A DNA stretch of 64,000 nt from Phoronis australis (GCA_002633005.1 NMRA01000226.1:3728-67727); one strand, 5' to 3'; positions 11,201 through 22,919 are shown, counted from the stretch's first letter. Numbers and translations are program-made. Notes: generated from the sequence alone by a model not told the origin.

Positions 11201-14200
11201 CTGTCAGCTGTCCTATTTGCTTACCGGGAAGTCCTACAATCTAGCAAAGGATTTTTACCCTTCGAGTTGCTATACGGTAGGACAGTAAAAGGCCCGATGA
11301 ATATCCTGAGTGAACTCTGGACTGGGAAAGACAACAACGAAGTTCGAAATACTTACCAGTATGTCTTCGAGCTCAGGAATCGCTTAGAGAAGACGTCCGA
11401 GTTGGCTACAAAAAGCTTGTATAATGCACAGGGTATTCACAAGCATTACTACGACAAAAAGGCCAGAGATAGACAGTCTCAAGTGGGGCAAAGAGTGTTG
11501 GTACTACTTCCCACAGACCACAACAAGCATACTCTGCAGTGGAAGCAACCTAACGAAGTTATGGAAAAAGACAACCGTATGGACTACAGAATCAACACGA
11601 ACGGCAAGATTAAGATCTTCCGAACGCAAGACTGACAACATGACAGGCAAAGATAAAGCGATCGGTGCAGCGTTAATTGAAGAATGCGGGACCGACGAAG
11701 CGACCCTCCTTGATGAAGGGGCTTAGAGCTTCGGTCGGAAATTCGCAAGGAGACCTACAGGGACGTAAAGCTGTGTGATTCCTTGACGTCAGAACAGCGT
11801 GAACAGGCACTACAGCTCCTACGTGACTACCGTGGTATCTTCACCAATCATCCTGGAGAGACCAATTTGGCGGCCACGTCATCGAGTTTACGACGGAAAA
11901 ACCAGTGAGAGAGAGACAATGTCAGATGCCGTACACTGGTCAGGACCTAGTGAAGAAGGAAGTGCAGGAGATGTTAAAGATGAACATCATTGAGCCTTCC
12001 ACGTCGGCTTACAGCTCTCCTGTAGTGTTGGTGGCTAAAAAGGACGGCACCACAAGGTTCTGTGTTGACTACTGGCGGCTGAATGCAGTGACCAAATTTG
12101 ACAACGAGACCATGGGTAACCCTGAAGCTATTATGGCCAATCTGCATGGTCAATGTTTCTTCTCGAAGTTCGACTTCACGAAGGGCTATTGGAAAATTCC
12201 CATGGATGAGGCTAGTAAAGAGAAAATCGCATTTGTGACTCCAGGAGGCTGTTACCAGCTCCGCAGAATGCCACTTGGTTTGGTGAGTTCAGCGGCCACG
12301 TTCAACAGGATGATGAGAAGGATGTTGGCAGGCTCAGATAATATCGAGCAGTATGTGGACGAGATGCTACTTCACAGTGTCACCTGGGAAGAACATCTCC
12401 GCACACTGAGAGACTTGTTTCACAGGATTAAACAAGGAGGCTTGACAGCAAATCCGTCAAAGTGCAGCTTTGGATATCCGGAGGTGGAGTTCGTTGGACA
12501 TCAGGTTGGGACAAACCAGATAAAACCAGATAGCTATGGAGGATCAAAAGCTAATAAAGATCCAGGATACACCAACGCCATCTACGAAGACGGAAGTACG
12601 GTCATTCCTAGGACTTACAGGGTACTATCGAAAGTTGGTCCCTAACTGTGCACAGATAGCTACTCCGTTGACAGATTTACTGAAGAAGGACCAGCCAAAG
12701 AAAGTCGTCTGGACCGATATTCATGACCAGACATTCAAGAAGCTAAAGCAAGCGCTTGGAAGTAGTCCGATCCTACGAGTACCAGACTTCACCCAGAGAT
12801 TCATCGTCAGGACGGACGCGTCAAACAATGGTTTAGGGGCAGTTTTACTGCAGGAGTTTGACAATGGGATATTTCCTATTGCGTATGCCAGTCGAAAGCT
12901 TAAAGAGAGCGAGCGGCATTACTTTACGGAAGAGAAAGAGTGTTTAGCGATAGCGTTCGCTGTTAAACGTTTTCAGTTTTATCTCTACGGGACGGAAGTC
13001 GTGGTGCAAACAGACCACAAACCACTGGTATATATTCAGCGCTTTAAGATTGAGAGTCCCAGAGTTATGCGATGGGCCATAGCGCTGCAGAATTATAAAT
13101 TCCATGTGGATTATATCCCAGGAAAATCTAACGTCGGTGCAGACTAGCAGAGCCTGCAAGTCAGGGAGCACTTTAGCGACGGTTACAGCAGTAGATTATA
13201 TGTCTGTGCCAGATGATTTTGTGTTAGAAAAATATAGAGTAATGTTCTCTTTGGAAGGGATGTGTTGTCAGAATTTAGATTGACAGTGTTCTTATTTTTA
13301 CTTTGTTTTATTGTTGTGTTTGTGTTATTGATTGACATGACCCCCGTGTTCAGCACAGTGATGATGATGTAATTTGTTTACTACAGTATAGTGTGGAACT
13401 TTCTAGAAGACTCTAGCATAACAGTGATTAATGCAGTCTGGAATATTCTAGAGACTAGTATTTGTTTGTATAATAGTTGGGTAGATTCCGGAAGGTTCTT
13501 GCATGTGCTTGAACTGATGAAAAGTTCTAGAACATTGCATTAGTTATAAATACTCAGGCACAGGTTTGGGACAGTCAGAAATGCAAAAAAGCAGTTGAGC
13601 AGTTGAGCAGTCGGAACAAAGCAGTAAAGCAGTCAAAGAGTTGCAGTGAAGAGAATCAGCAGTTACAGCGAGAGTCAATAGAGAGCCAGCTATATAAACA
13701 GCAGGTTATTTGAATCAGCGAGTGTAACAGTTGTTGGAAGTGCCTCAGACGTTCATCACAAGTCAAGGATTCGCAGCAGTGGCTGGAGCGTAGAACAGAC
13801 ATTACGACGGACGTTTTGTTTGAGTAGGCTCGTGAACGTACGGTCGAGATTAATAAAGGATTAACTCGAACCAGTCTTCAATCTATCGTCGCATCGAAAG
13901 CTATTAGCACCGGTCTGTAACAACCTGCGCCCACCCACACACGGGGAAAAACGTGACAACGACAAAATATTCCGTCGGTAAAAGATGTTTCCTGCCCACA
14001 CAATAATTTTTCTTTACTTGCGTCAAGCGTGAAGTGTCAACGCGGTGATCTTGACACCTCGAATTCACATGGAGAAAAATCGTGCAAAAACCATTCTGGT
14101 ACACCTGCAGTAGACGTTGTGGGTGGTACCAAACTAATTAAGCTGCTAGATCGTATTTGCTTTCTTTTGGTTGTTGCTGGTAAACCAGTGCTTTTTGTTA

Positions 14201-17200
14201 AATTCAGTACTGATTTGTTTAGCCTCTTCTGTTTACTTTAACTGGAAATTACTCCTCGGGTACTCATAATTAAAGATGTAATTGCATTCTCCTAACTATG
14301 CTAATGTATAGCAGGAACAAAACGATAATGCTATCTGAACATCACCTGCGTTAAACAAAGTTCTGTTGTATTCATTGATAACTTGTAAATGTGAAAACAA
14401 AAAAATCTGCGAACAGGTGACCTTTGCACTAATGACGAACCTTGGGGGCTCACATAACCCGCATAATGCAGTGTCATTCCCCAACACCACGTCACGATAC
14501 TTACTGGACACGGTTGATTGATTTACGGCGGATCATTTTCTACAAAAACTCTTTCTTAAAAACATTTGGCAATTTTCAACCTACTTCATATTCACATCGT
14601 CGCTATATGCCGTGTTTCTAATTAATTTGACCCAGAATTCAGAGATAAAGAATTAGCCTGCAAGTTCCACTTTAAACCGTTTCCTTTACATGTAGTTACG
14701 AGCCCCCTCTACTGTGGTGTCCGATGTTACAGTCAGTTCAATTAATGCAAATTAGTGCGGAAAACAACGGGGATAGGTTCGACGTATCTTCCACCATCTA
14801 GTGTCCTCATGATACCATCAAACATCCCTAGACGAGGTGCAGTTCAGTGTTGTGGGCACATTTCAGCCGGTCTTTGCATTGCTCACTATGTTCATGGCTT
14901 CATCGTCGCCGATTATGTCGGCTTGCCGAGTCCGCGGCCAAACTCCAGGAAGGCATAGTTACGGCTGAAACATGGGACGACTTTAAGATCACATTCTCTT
15001 AACGGACTAATCTTACATTTGACCTTAAAATTGATTTCAGATTTAGATTTGTCTTAGAGAAATCGCCTGGCAGTTTTCTAGTCACTGGACCTGGTTTAGA
15101 CTGTTCGACTTTTCGTAGTCTGTTGTGGAGGATAAGTTACAGTGCATTGGTTTACGTCTGAGAGAGTTCTGTGTATTTCAGCGTCTTGTTAGTGCGTCTG
15201 TACAAGTACACGATCATTTTCTTGACGGCTGTTCATACCTTGGCTGTTCTCTGGTGTATGATTGCTTGCTTTCACGAGTGTCGCCAAGGTTCGTGGGCTA
15301 CAAAAAGAGGTAAGTGTGTACGGCTCCGACGATCTGCGTGCTAAAATTCACACAAATGGACTTTCGTTAATAGTTTTCAACAAAACAGTTTCGTCTTAGT
15401 TGTGACTCTATTAACACGCACGACTATTAATTACGTCAATGTTTTTTTTCTTTAGGAATCGACAAGATGGAATACATAAACCGTTACGCTAATGCCATAT
15501 ACTGGACAATGGCGACAATGACCTCGACGGGTTACGGTGACATTTCTGCATACCGTCTGTCTGAAAAAGGTTGGTTGGCCTTTAAATGTAGATTGTCAAT
15601 TTTTTATGGAGATGATTTATAACCAGGACAAAGTCATGCTTAATAATTACATTTATTTTCTGGTACCACCTAACTTCAACTGAAAAGTACCGGGTAGGTT
15701 AACAATTACATTTTGGCAAATCGACATGCCGGGGAACGAACTCAGTGGCCTAGTTAGTGTCAGGCCCTACTCATTTTGAGAACTTGGCCAAACTCTGCGG
15801 CCTGTGGTACCGGTGTCATACAATACATGAGGACATTGAGCCAGCACGTTGCCCGTTAGCGTTCTGCAATACTCAAGTTCATAATCGGCTGCATGCTTGC
15901 AGGGCAGTAGCTGAATTTGACAGATTAGGATAATTGAAATTATGAGCTACTGAAACTGAACTCACTGATGACTTCTTAGACTAGTGACATGTCTTACATC
16001 CTTGATTCCCATTTAGCCTTCGCTGCGTTGGTCATGTTCCTGGGTAAGCTCATGTTTGGCTTTATTCTGGCCACCATATCGGCGACCTTGGCCAATGCTG
16101 AAGTGAAGCACATCTACTATGAAGAGAAGTTGACCGCCATTCGGACGCACCTTAACGATCAACAGGTGTCACCCGAACTGCAGCGTCACGTGATCACCTA
16201 CTTTGCCCATCTATGGAAACGAAACAGCGGTACAGATATCAAAGAGTTGCTGCACGACGCCCCCTATCCTCTCCAATCTGAATTTTACTTGTATCTGACA
16301 GAGGACTTCTTACGAAAGGTGAAAACAACACATGTGAACCCAAATGTTGTTCTCAAGGTCACAGAGACCTGTTTCACGAGGTGCTTAGTGTCGTAAGATC
16401 TAAACCGAGAGACTAGTGCAAAACTTATGACTGGTCGTAAGTCTCTGTTTTGACTGGTCGTGAGATATTTTAGTGACACACTAAAGCAGGTCCCAGAGCA
16501 GAGCACTTTTATGAGCCCAGAAAAAATTGAACCATCACCAGTTTATTTTCAGCTTTCCCATAGTGGTCGAATTACATGAAACTGGCCATGAAACACACCA
16601 AAAAGCATGGTCTATAAAGTGTAGTCATGGGCGTGTGTCAACGCTTTGCTCTTCTTGTTCACCTGTCTGGAAAAGATTTTCGTTCAATGTTTAAAAATGT
16701 TTAAAAGTTCACATCAGGGATGTACCTCACTGATTTGTCTACTTCGCCACACATTTTTGGTCACTAAGTTGACAGCTGAGTGTAGAAGGTCAGCATCGTC
16801 TGTTTCGGGCACTAACATGGGCAGTGATATCAGTAATGTCCACGATTCTGCGGGTAAACTGGTTGCTTCAATTTTTGTCAAGATGACCCGTTGCTGAGGA
16901 GATGGACTGAAGCTTTTTGTGTTGATGAGAATTTGCGTAATTCACTTTACACACAAGTGTGTTATGATTTCTTGCGATCTGCCCGCACTGACGTATTTAC
17001 GTATAAAAAAGCAGCGTCATTAGTTTACCAAACATGATTGTGTGTTGTTGCCTTACGCAGTGGCGGATTTAGGGGGGAGGCAAGGGGGCTATGGCCCCCT
17101 AAAATTCTCTCATATTCCATTTGGCAATTCGGGGGTACGAATGTCTGACGGGCAAAATCTTGGCTAATACTCTGCCCTGGCCTCCCCGAACTCAATATCC

Positions 17201-19481
17201 TGGATCCTCCCCTGTTAAGGTTTTGTAGGACGCTATAAAAATGCCCAAAATTGGCTGCCATCGGAACACTTCATCTCAGAGATGGCTGACTGGACTCATA
17301 CGAAACTTCCAGATACCGTGCATTGCTTATGCAATGCTCTAAAAAAGCGCTGTGAGAAATTGTTATTAAAATGTTCCACTTTCGCACGAAGTGCTGTCAA
17401 AAATAGGACTTTTATGATTTTCATGAAAAATCTTTAAATTCGCAGTAAACGAGAACGAAGCGAAAACTGTAACAGCGTTTTTGGTACGTCGCTTTGAAAA
17501 TTATTATCAAATAAAATTTGATACAGTTATTTTGCCATTAACATATCTTTCTTTTTGCTACATTTTACTACTGAAAAAGGCATGGTCACGTGACTCAATT
17601 AATAACTCGAATTCTACAGGATTTTTACTTTCACGAAATACATAGCTGGGCTACTTTTACAAACAAAAATCTACAGTTTTCTAGATATTTTGTCAAATGC
17701 AAAGACTGTTCGACATGGGCCGTAGGTGCTATAAATGCTTTACGATGCTTGACAAAAGGACAAAACTGTCATACACTACGGGGAGTATACTCCACTGTTT
17801 TTGTGACAGGAATGTGGTGCTGGAAATGAAGCGGGTTCCCCACCCTTTTAGAAAGTCTATGCGCTCAACCAGGGGGCTTGGGGTGGGTGAGGCTTTCGTA
17901 CGAGCCCCCCCCCTCCATTTGACGAAGTTGGCAAAAAGATACGCCTTGGAGAAACGAAAACTCCGAAAAAGTAGAAAACGATACAAAGGCCTACCAAAAA
18001 GGTCGGAACTACCAAAATTCGGCGAATGTACAGTTCACAGCTCTGAACGTACCCCATGAATCCTAATAAAATGTTCATATTCTCAAAAAATCAAGCCCCC
18101 ATTGCGCTCATGAAGTAAGCATAGTAAAACCGACCCTTTTACAATAGTTAACACGAATAAAAAAAACTCATTACCAATTCTTTCGTGGGGGGGTTTCCCT
18201 AACATAATCTTTCTATTAGGGTTTAAGGAACGAGGGCCTGTGCGTACCAGTTGGAAAGACCTAGGTACATGTAGTAGCGACGTCCCCTGTAAGTGAGTAA
18301 CTTAGACATTTGTTTGCAGGTACCTATTCTGGAGGATGTGTCAAAGGCACTTTTGCGTCATCTGGCGGTGTGTGTACGTCATGTGATGCTTATAGAAGGA
18401 GACTTTCTCGTCCGAAAGGGAGATGTCAACAACAACATTTTCTACATCCACAGAGGGAAGGTTAGTGCATGTTCTATGATGTCACGTTTTCCATCGTGGG
18501 TGGGCCCAGTTGGTAATCGACCGGTGCTAATTGCTTTTGGTGCAACGTTAGACTAAAAACTGGTTCGGGTTAATCCGACTTCATAAATCTCGACCGTATG
18601 TTCACAAGTCAAGTCAGACATTACGTCTGACGTAATGTCTCTTCCATGTTCCAGCCCGTGCTACGAAGCTTTGACTTGTGAACTTCAGACACGTCCAGCA
18701 ACTGTTACAAACGTTGGTTCAATAACCTGATGTCTTTATAGTTGGCTCTCTATTGACAAACGCTGTAACTGCTGAAACTAACTGCAACGCGATTGCACGG
18801 CTATACAACTCGACGATTTCCGACGTAGCGTGTGAAAATGTGCCTGACATCCAAAACGAGGAAGCCGCTTTCTTACCCAGTCTGGGACAGCGTGTAATCG
18901 CTGCGTAATCCGGGCGGTTCCATTAGGGAGTCAGAACTCAGTATTGGTACATGTATGCCTCTCGAGCAGCCCAGATTTGCGTTTTGTCCCACGGAATATT
19001 AACTTTTAAAGACAGCGAGGAAACATTTTCCCTTAAACCCAAAAGAATTCTGACGATAAACAAGGAGTCTCTGTTTATCGTCACAACGTAACAAACCATC
19101 GAGCACCAATTCACGAATTCTTCTTTGCAGTGCATTGTGGTCCATGAGCACGAGGACGACAATGACGAAGACGACGAATTGCGCGAGGGTGACTTTTTTG
19201 GTCAGGTCAACCTCGTTTTCAGCATACCTTGTTGCTCTTCCATTCGCTGCGCCACTCATGTGGATATCTTTACTCTTAGCAAGGAGTCCATGGATGAGGC
19301 GAAGGAGTTGTTTCCGGATTGTGCAAAGGGCATTGAAAAACTGGAACGAGACTTGTACAACAAATATGAATCTTTCCAAGTGACACCTGGTCAAAACATG
19401 AGTGAAACCGACTTGGCGTACAATCTTGATCTTCCACAGTCCTACCCGACAACGCAACATGGGTCACCTGATCCAAAATGA
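3802..19481 (+). CDS. Cyclic-nucleotide-binding-domain K+ channel (6TM, CNGK/KCNH/HCN superfamily), spliced gene: join(3802-5236,7134-7318,7448-7516,7659-7924,15182-15309,15456-15569,16017-16318,18320-18460,19131-19481); 5' start uncertain
   Basis: All eight introns are GT-AG and phase-compatible (1,0,0,2,1,1,0,0), giving one open frame of 997 codons to TGA at 19479-19481. The translation shows S1-S4 (LRVNRTLRIVR), S5, pore TMTSTGYGD, S6, C-linker and a CNBD. Confidence 0.9.
6146..7030. repeat. Palindromic (foldback) repeat complex, possibly Crypton-like non-autonomous
   Basis: Imperfect hairpin 6167-6251, long near-perfect hairpin 6269-6409 (AATCCTACACTCGTCTCAGATTTATGACA...TGTCATAAATCTGAGACGAGTGTAGGATT), and an inverted pair TTCTCACATGAACCT (6414) / AGGTCATGTGAGAA (7003). 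Family assignment is inference. Confidence 0.6.
7134..7318 (+). CDS. Channel gene exon: pre-S1 and S1
   Basis: TTTTACTTTTAG acceptor, TGG|GTATGA donor; DSDHFFK...FVVIPHHNRRYKYFRHCLVFLGFVMSILQIYW. Confidence 0.85.
7448..7516 (+). CDS. Channel gene exon: S1-S2 loop and S2
   Basis: TTTTCCAG acceptor, GAG|GTGAGC donor; 69 nt, MAFAQPYPSEALFYTTSLVFYFE. Confidence 0.85.
7659..7924 (+). CDS. Channel gene exon: end of S2, S3 and S4 voltage sensor
   Basis: TCTTACAG acceptor, AA|GTAAGT donor; IFIKFHLSF...GFWIDVLKEFPFE...YLRVNRTLRIVR. Confidence 0.92.
8577..8788. repeat. Short element with ~50-bp inverted termini (MITE-like)
   Basis: TGTGTAAATATAATCTTTTTCAGTGAAGCG near 8584 pairs with CGCCTCACTGAAAAAGATGATATTTACACA near 8752. 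Confidence 0.6.
8855..13147 (+). pseudogene. Disrupted gag-pol of the Gypsy element
   Basis: Split over ORFs 8855, 8934, 9314, 9495, 9886, 10204, 11045, 11905 and 12536 by frameshifts and stops. Confidence 0.92.
13266..13922 (+). repeat. 3' LTR of the Gypsy element (~657 bp)
   Basis: Purine tract GGAAGGGA just upstream; starts TGTCA, ends TGTAACA; TATAAATA at 13545 and AATAAA at 13852. Confidence 0.8.
13396..13552 (+). promoter_or_regulatory. LTR promoter: four heat-shock-element (nGAAn inverted array) clusters plus TATA box
   Basis: GAActTTCtaGAA at 13396, GAAtaTTCtaGAg at 13441, TTCcgGAAggTTC at 13486, TTCtaGAAcaTTg at 13525, then TATAAATA at 13545. Confidence 0.65.
14335..14615. repeat. 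Interspersed repeat; inverted copy at 48270-48550
   Basis: TGTATTCATTGAtAACTTGTAAATGTGAAAA and TTCCCCAACACCACgTCACGA match the reverse complement of 48270-48550. Confidence 0.7.
15182..15309 (+). CDS. Channel gene exon: S4-S5 linker and S5
   Basis: TATTTCAG acceptor, AG|GTAAGT donor; NVLLVRLYKYTIIFLTAVHTLAVLWCMIACFHECRQGSWATKR. Confidence 0.9.
15456..15569 (+). CDS. Channel gene exon: pore helix and K+ selectivity filter
   Basis: TTTTTCTTTAG acceptor, AG|GTTGGT donor; RYANAIYWTMATMTSTGYGDISA. Confidence 0.95.
16017..16318 (+). CDS. Channel gene exon: S6 and C-linker
   Basis: CATTTAG acceptor, AAG|GTGAAA donor; AFAALVMFLGKLMFGFILATISATLANAE...LQRHVITYFAHLWKRNSG. Confidence 0.93.
17058..17214. 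mobile_element. Short hAT-like MITE
   Basis: CAGTGGCGGATTTAGG...CCTGGATCCTCCCCTG imperfect TIRs, similar to the termini at 28057/33522. No TSD seen. Confidence 0.55.
18320..18460 (+). CDS. Channel gene exon: N-terminal half of CNBD
   Basis: TGTTTGCAG acceptor, AAG|GTTAGT donor; VPILEDVSKALLRHLAV...EGDFLVRKGDVNNNIFYIHRGK. Confidence 0.93.
18600..18683. repeat. Small inverted repeat with an internal palindrome
   Basis: GTTCACAAGTCAA...TTGACTTGTGAAC enclosing AGACATTACGTCtGACGTAATGTCT. Confidence 0.55.
19131..19481 (+). CDS. Channel gene terminal coding exon: C-terminal half of CNBD and tail
   Basis: TTCTTTGCAG acceptor; LREGDFFGQVNLVFSIPCCSSIRCATHVDIFTLSK...PDPK then TGA. Confidence 0.9.
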   Translation, partial: CIVVHEHEDDNDEDDELREGDFFGQVNLVFSIPCCSSIRCATHVDIFTLSKESMDEAKELFPDCAKGIEKLERDLYNKYESFQVTPGQNMSETDLAYNLDLPQSYPTTQHGSPDPK

Positions 19482-22400
19482 TTTTCAGTGCGCGAGAGTC
19501 GTGCCTAAGCGCTCGGGTTGTTTTTTCGACACAGTTATATATTACCTTGACACCATCGCCCGGTAACAGAATTTGCTGTTTTAACACGGAAAACATTGGA
19601 CGCTTACACAGTTGTTTAGAGTTTATTCACGTTATTACGTTTTTGACAATTGGAAAAGAATGTGTTATTCTTACGACAGAATATTAACTGTTCATATATT
19701 CTAAATACAAATGTCATTAACGTCTGGAAATTGATTTCATTGAAAGTTCCAAAAATGTGATTCACATTGTTGACATATAGTTATGCACTTAGACGAATAA
19801 TAATGTCCATCGCTTCGATAACTCTTCAGTTATTTCGAACAAAAATAATTGCCAAAATTGAAATTTTTCTGTTTTTCGAAGGCTGATTACTTCGCTACAA
19901 ATCACAGAAAATATACTAAATGTAGCTTGATGAATCTACACAAATCAAACCAAACTAAAATGAACTAGAGTTTTCTTAATCTTTAGTTTGTTGATCAATT
20001 TGAAAAACATAAAATTTTATTAGTCTGCCATATTGTATGCTTAATAAGTGACAAATTACCGTGTAGTGTTAACTAGACCACTCCCACGAACTTGGACGTT
20101 GTAAACGCACGAGCCTGCATGCAACGCTATACGTGGGGTGTAAGACTTATAACTGACGAGTTATGTCTTCGAAATGCTGGCGATAGTCCTCAGTGTAGAA
20201 TACGGACCGTTTGCGAAGTGTGTCCGCAGACCAGTGAATACCAAACATCGTTAGATGTAACGTCTTGTCTCAATGTAAATAGTTCTTCTCGCTAACTGCT
20301 TCTTTTCTATGGAAGCAGTGATGTTTATAATGTTTGCAAATGAAAACCGTTCAACTGCACTTTTTCAAAAAGTCTCCGACTATGTGTTTACCGTAGTGTC
20401 GCACTTTAGCGCCGGTCTCTCACCATTGTCAAAAAAGCGCCAGATGTCAAATATGCGAGGAGGACAGTCAGTAATTCAAGACGTAAAATGAATGAACAAC
20501 TCTGACCACAATTCACAACGTGTTTTACTGGATAGTCTAGGGCCTACTGCTAACTACATGTATATTAAGAACATAACGTGTAGAAATGGATGAATAGATG
20601 CGTTGCAAGCGAAGGAAACTGTATTTTATTCTGAATAGATTTTGGATAATTTTCCATGAGTTGTTGATTAATTTCACAAAAAAATCAACATCAACAAGTA
20701 AAACTTATATTCTCTAACGAACCTAAAAAATTACCTTCTTTCAGCGCTGCTTCTCGTGACGTATTTGGTGGGAGCAAAGCCACTGTCCTGAGTTAGCGTG
20801 CGGTCAAGTGGCGTCTTTCGATGTCATCACTGGTGCTTGGAATGTATGGATGTATATATACTATTTCGTTTATTGTACCACAAAAGTGCAGGCTTGTTCT
20901 AGCTTCTTGCCGGTTCTTTCGCCACTAAAAACTCTCCGAGAGTCGCAAAATGTCAAAGAAACAACATAATCATGTCAAGAAACATGATTAAATCACATAT
21001 ATATCCGACAGCCACCTGCCATCATCAGAGAAAAATGAGAATAAAAACCGCGAATATGTCACAGGCGTACAGAATTAAAAAACGTATGATGACAATCGTA
21101 CTCAACTCGCCTATGTAAGAGTTTAGAACAAGTCTGAAAATCTGAGGCATTTACTACTAGCTGCTTGAATGAAAATTTCATTTTAGTGTATGCTTTGTAT
21201 ATCATTGCTAAAAAAAAAATTTTCTTTCTCTCATACCCCTTTTAAGATGCCTTAATTAGGAACTGCATGGGATTGTTTTCTGAAAGTGTAAATGGGAACT
21301 AGCCAGTTGAGGATCTAGTTAGTAAGCTGCCATGTTGCTCCAGAAGTTTGTCTTTTTTGCATATACTTTTTCAATTGTTAAACTCCCTTCTCTGCAATTA
21401 TTTGTGTGCAAAGTGTATGGCCAGAACTGCCACAGTGTCAATGAAGCGATGTACATTTTTCGTGTTTCACCTTCGTCTGAGCAAAACTTTCCAATGACAC
21501 AGGAGTCATTTAAAATGCATCATAAAATTGGTGCAACTACCAAGCGAGGATCCACTGCTTGTCTCTGACTCTATTCATGGATGCTTCCTCACCACATGGC
21601 CATGATTGGAAAGTTGATGATGACACAGTATTCGTTGCTTGGTTGTCTCTAGAGTCACAACCGAGTAATGTCATCAAGTCAGTGGTATGCTCACGTAAAA
21701 GCGTGCTCCTGTTTTGTATCAAATCTGCCGTGCTCGGATCTGTGTAGCTGTTCTAACTGCGATAACGACATTGTTTTAGATAATAGTGATCATGGTGACG
21801 ACTTTGATGAAGTTTATAAACGCACGTGTATGAAAGAACCATAAGTTTAAAGTAGTGTCAGCAAAAACTGAACTCAAGTAGATACCAACAGTACACAGAC
21901 ATTTTTAGAACTACGAAAATAACTTGAGTGAACTTTCAATAAACTTCTGACGGAAATTTGTCCAATTTTGGGAAACTATTTAACAGCAGTTTCTGAGTTA
22001 TATCGGCTGCTTGATTGAGTTAAATTTCAATGTAAGCATTTACATTACATCAGGTGTTTTGATATGAAGGTTTGGCACTACGAATATTACCTCATTGAAA
22101 ACTTTTCTGAACATAAATGCATTTAAACCCAGATTAAATGTTTTAGTTTTTCTTAAAATCTAATACAAAAGCGAGAAAAAGTCAATTTTTTCACTTTTTG
22201 GCAATAGGGGTACCTTAAACATGCTGTAACCCAAAAAAGAAAAACGGTCACGTGGAGAACTTTTGACACAGTGTGAAACAATGTTTTGGGTGCTAGAAAA
22301 TGGTTTCAAAATGTAGTTCGCGAATTTGTGCAACGGAAGTTGGTTTCTATGGCTGCTTCTTTTGATTACAGATGAAGGCCTATAGCTGGCCCGTAGGAAG

Positions 22401-22919
22401 GAGCAGTTCGGAGAAAAGTCCCCCGTTCTCTGTAGTCGAGTCGAAAAATGGCCCACCTTGCACCCCCCGGACTTCAACTTTTAAGTTCCATTTTTACAAA
22501 GCAACATATGTGTGAAAACCATAAAAAGGTGTTAACAAACCGAAAAAGTATCCCACGTGCGTTTTTATGTAAATTAGTGCCGCCATTACCGATTTTTCGT
22601 TATTTGATGATATCTCACTTTCTTATTCTTGTAAGTGAACAAATCAAGTGTCAAAACCCATATTTTGAGGGTCAAGCATTACGATGGAATAATTTTCTTC
22701 ACAATCAATTACATATAATTTGTATTATAGGGTTACTTACAATCAATACTACACTGAAAGTGTACATAAGCCAATATAAAGACTAAATGAGCAACTTTCA
22801 GTGTTTATATAATCAGCTCTTTAATGAGCCAAATTTCAACAAATGTTTTAAATATCTCAAGAAAAAAAACTTGGGGAAACGGGTTGCAGAAATATGGACA
22901 ATCATTAGGTGTTGATGTC

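Larger units (their letters stand above)
8855..13922 (+). mobile_element. Decayed Ty3/Gypsy LTR retrotransposon of Gmr1 type (gag-PR-INT-RT-RNaseH), no 5' LTR, in channel intron 4
   Basis: Gag with SCAN-like LVREQYVNT...FLRERIPKS and knuckle CFFCHKSGHLDTDC; protease near 9880-10150; integrase HESILGGHLG...FYWPG...CRSC, FQRIAIDLIG, CNGLCER; RT SAYSSPVVLV, RFCVDY, DFTKGYW, YVDE; RNase H TDASNNGLGAVL, EKECLAI, TDHKPL. Many stops and frameshifts. Confidence 0.95.

Noticed and set aside
14755-14958. Extra channel exon
   Set aside because: The 7924^15182 junction already gives a continuous S4-S5 sequence, and this ORF lacks channel motifs.
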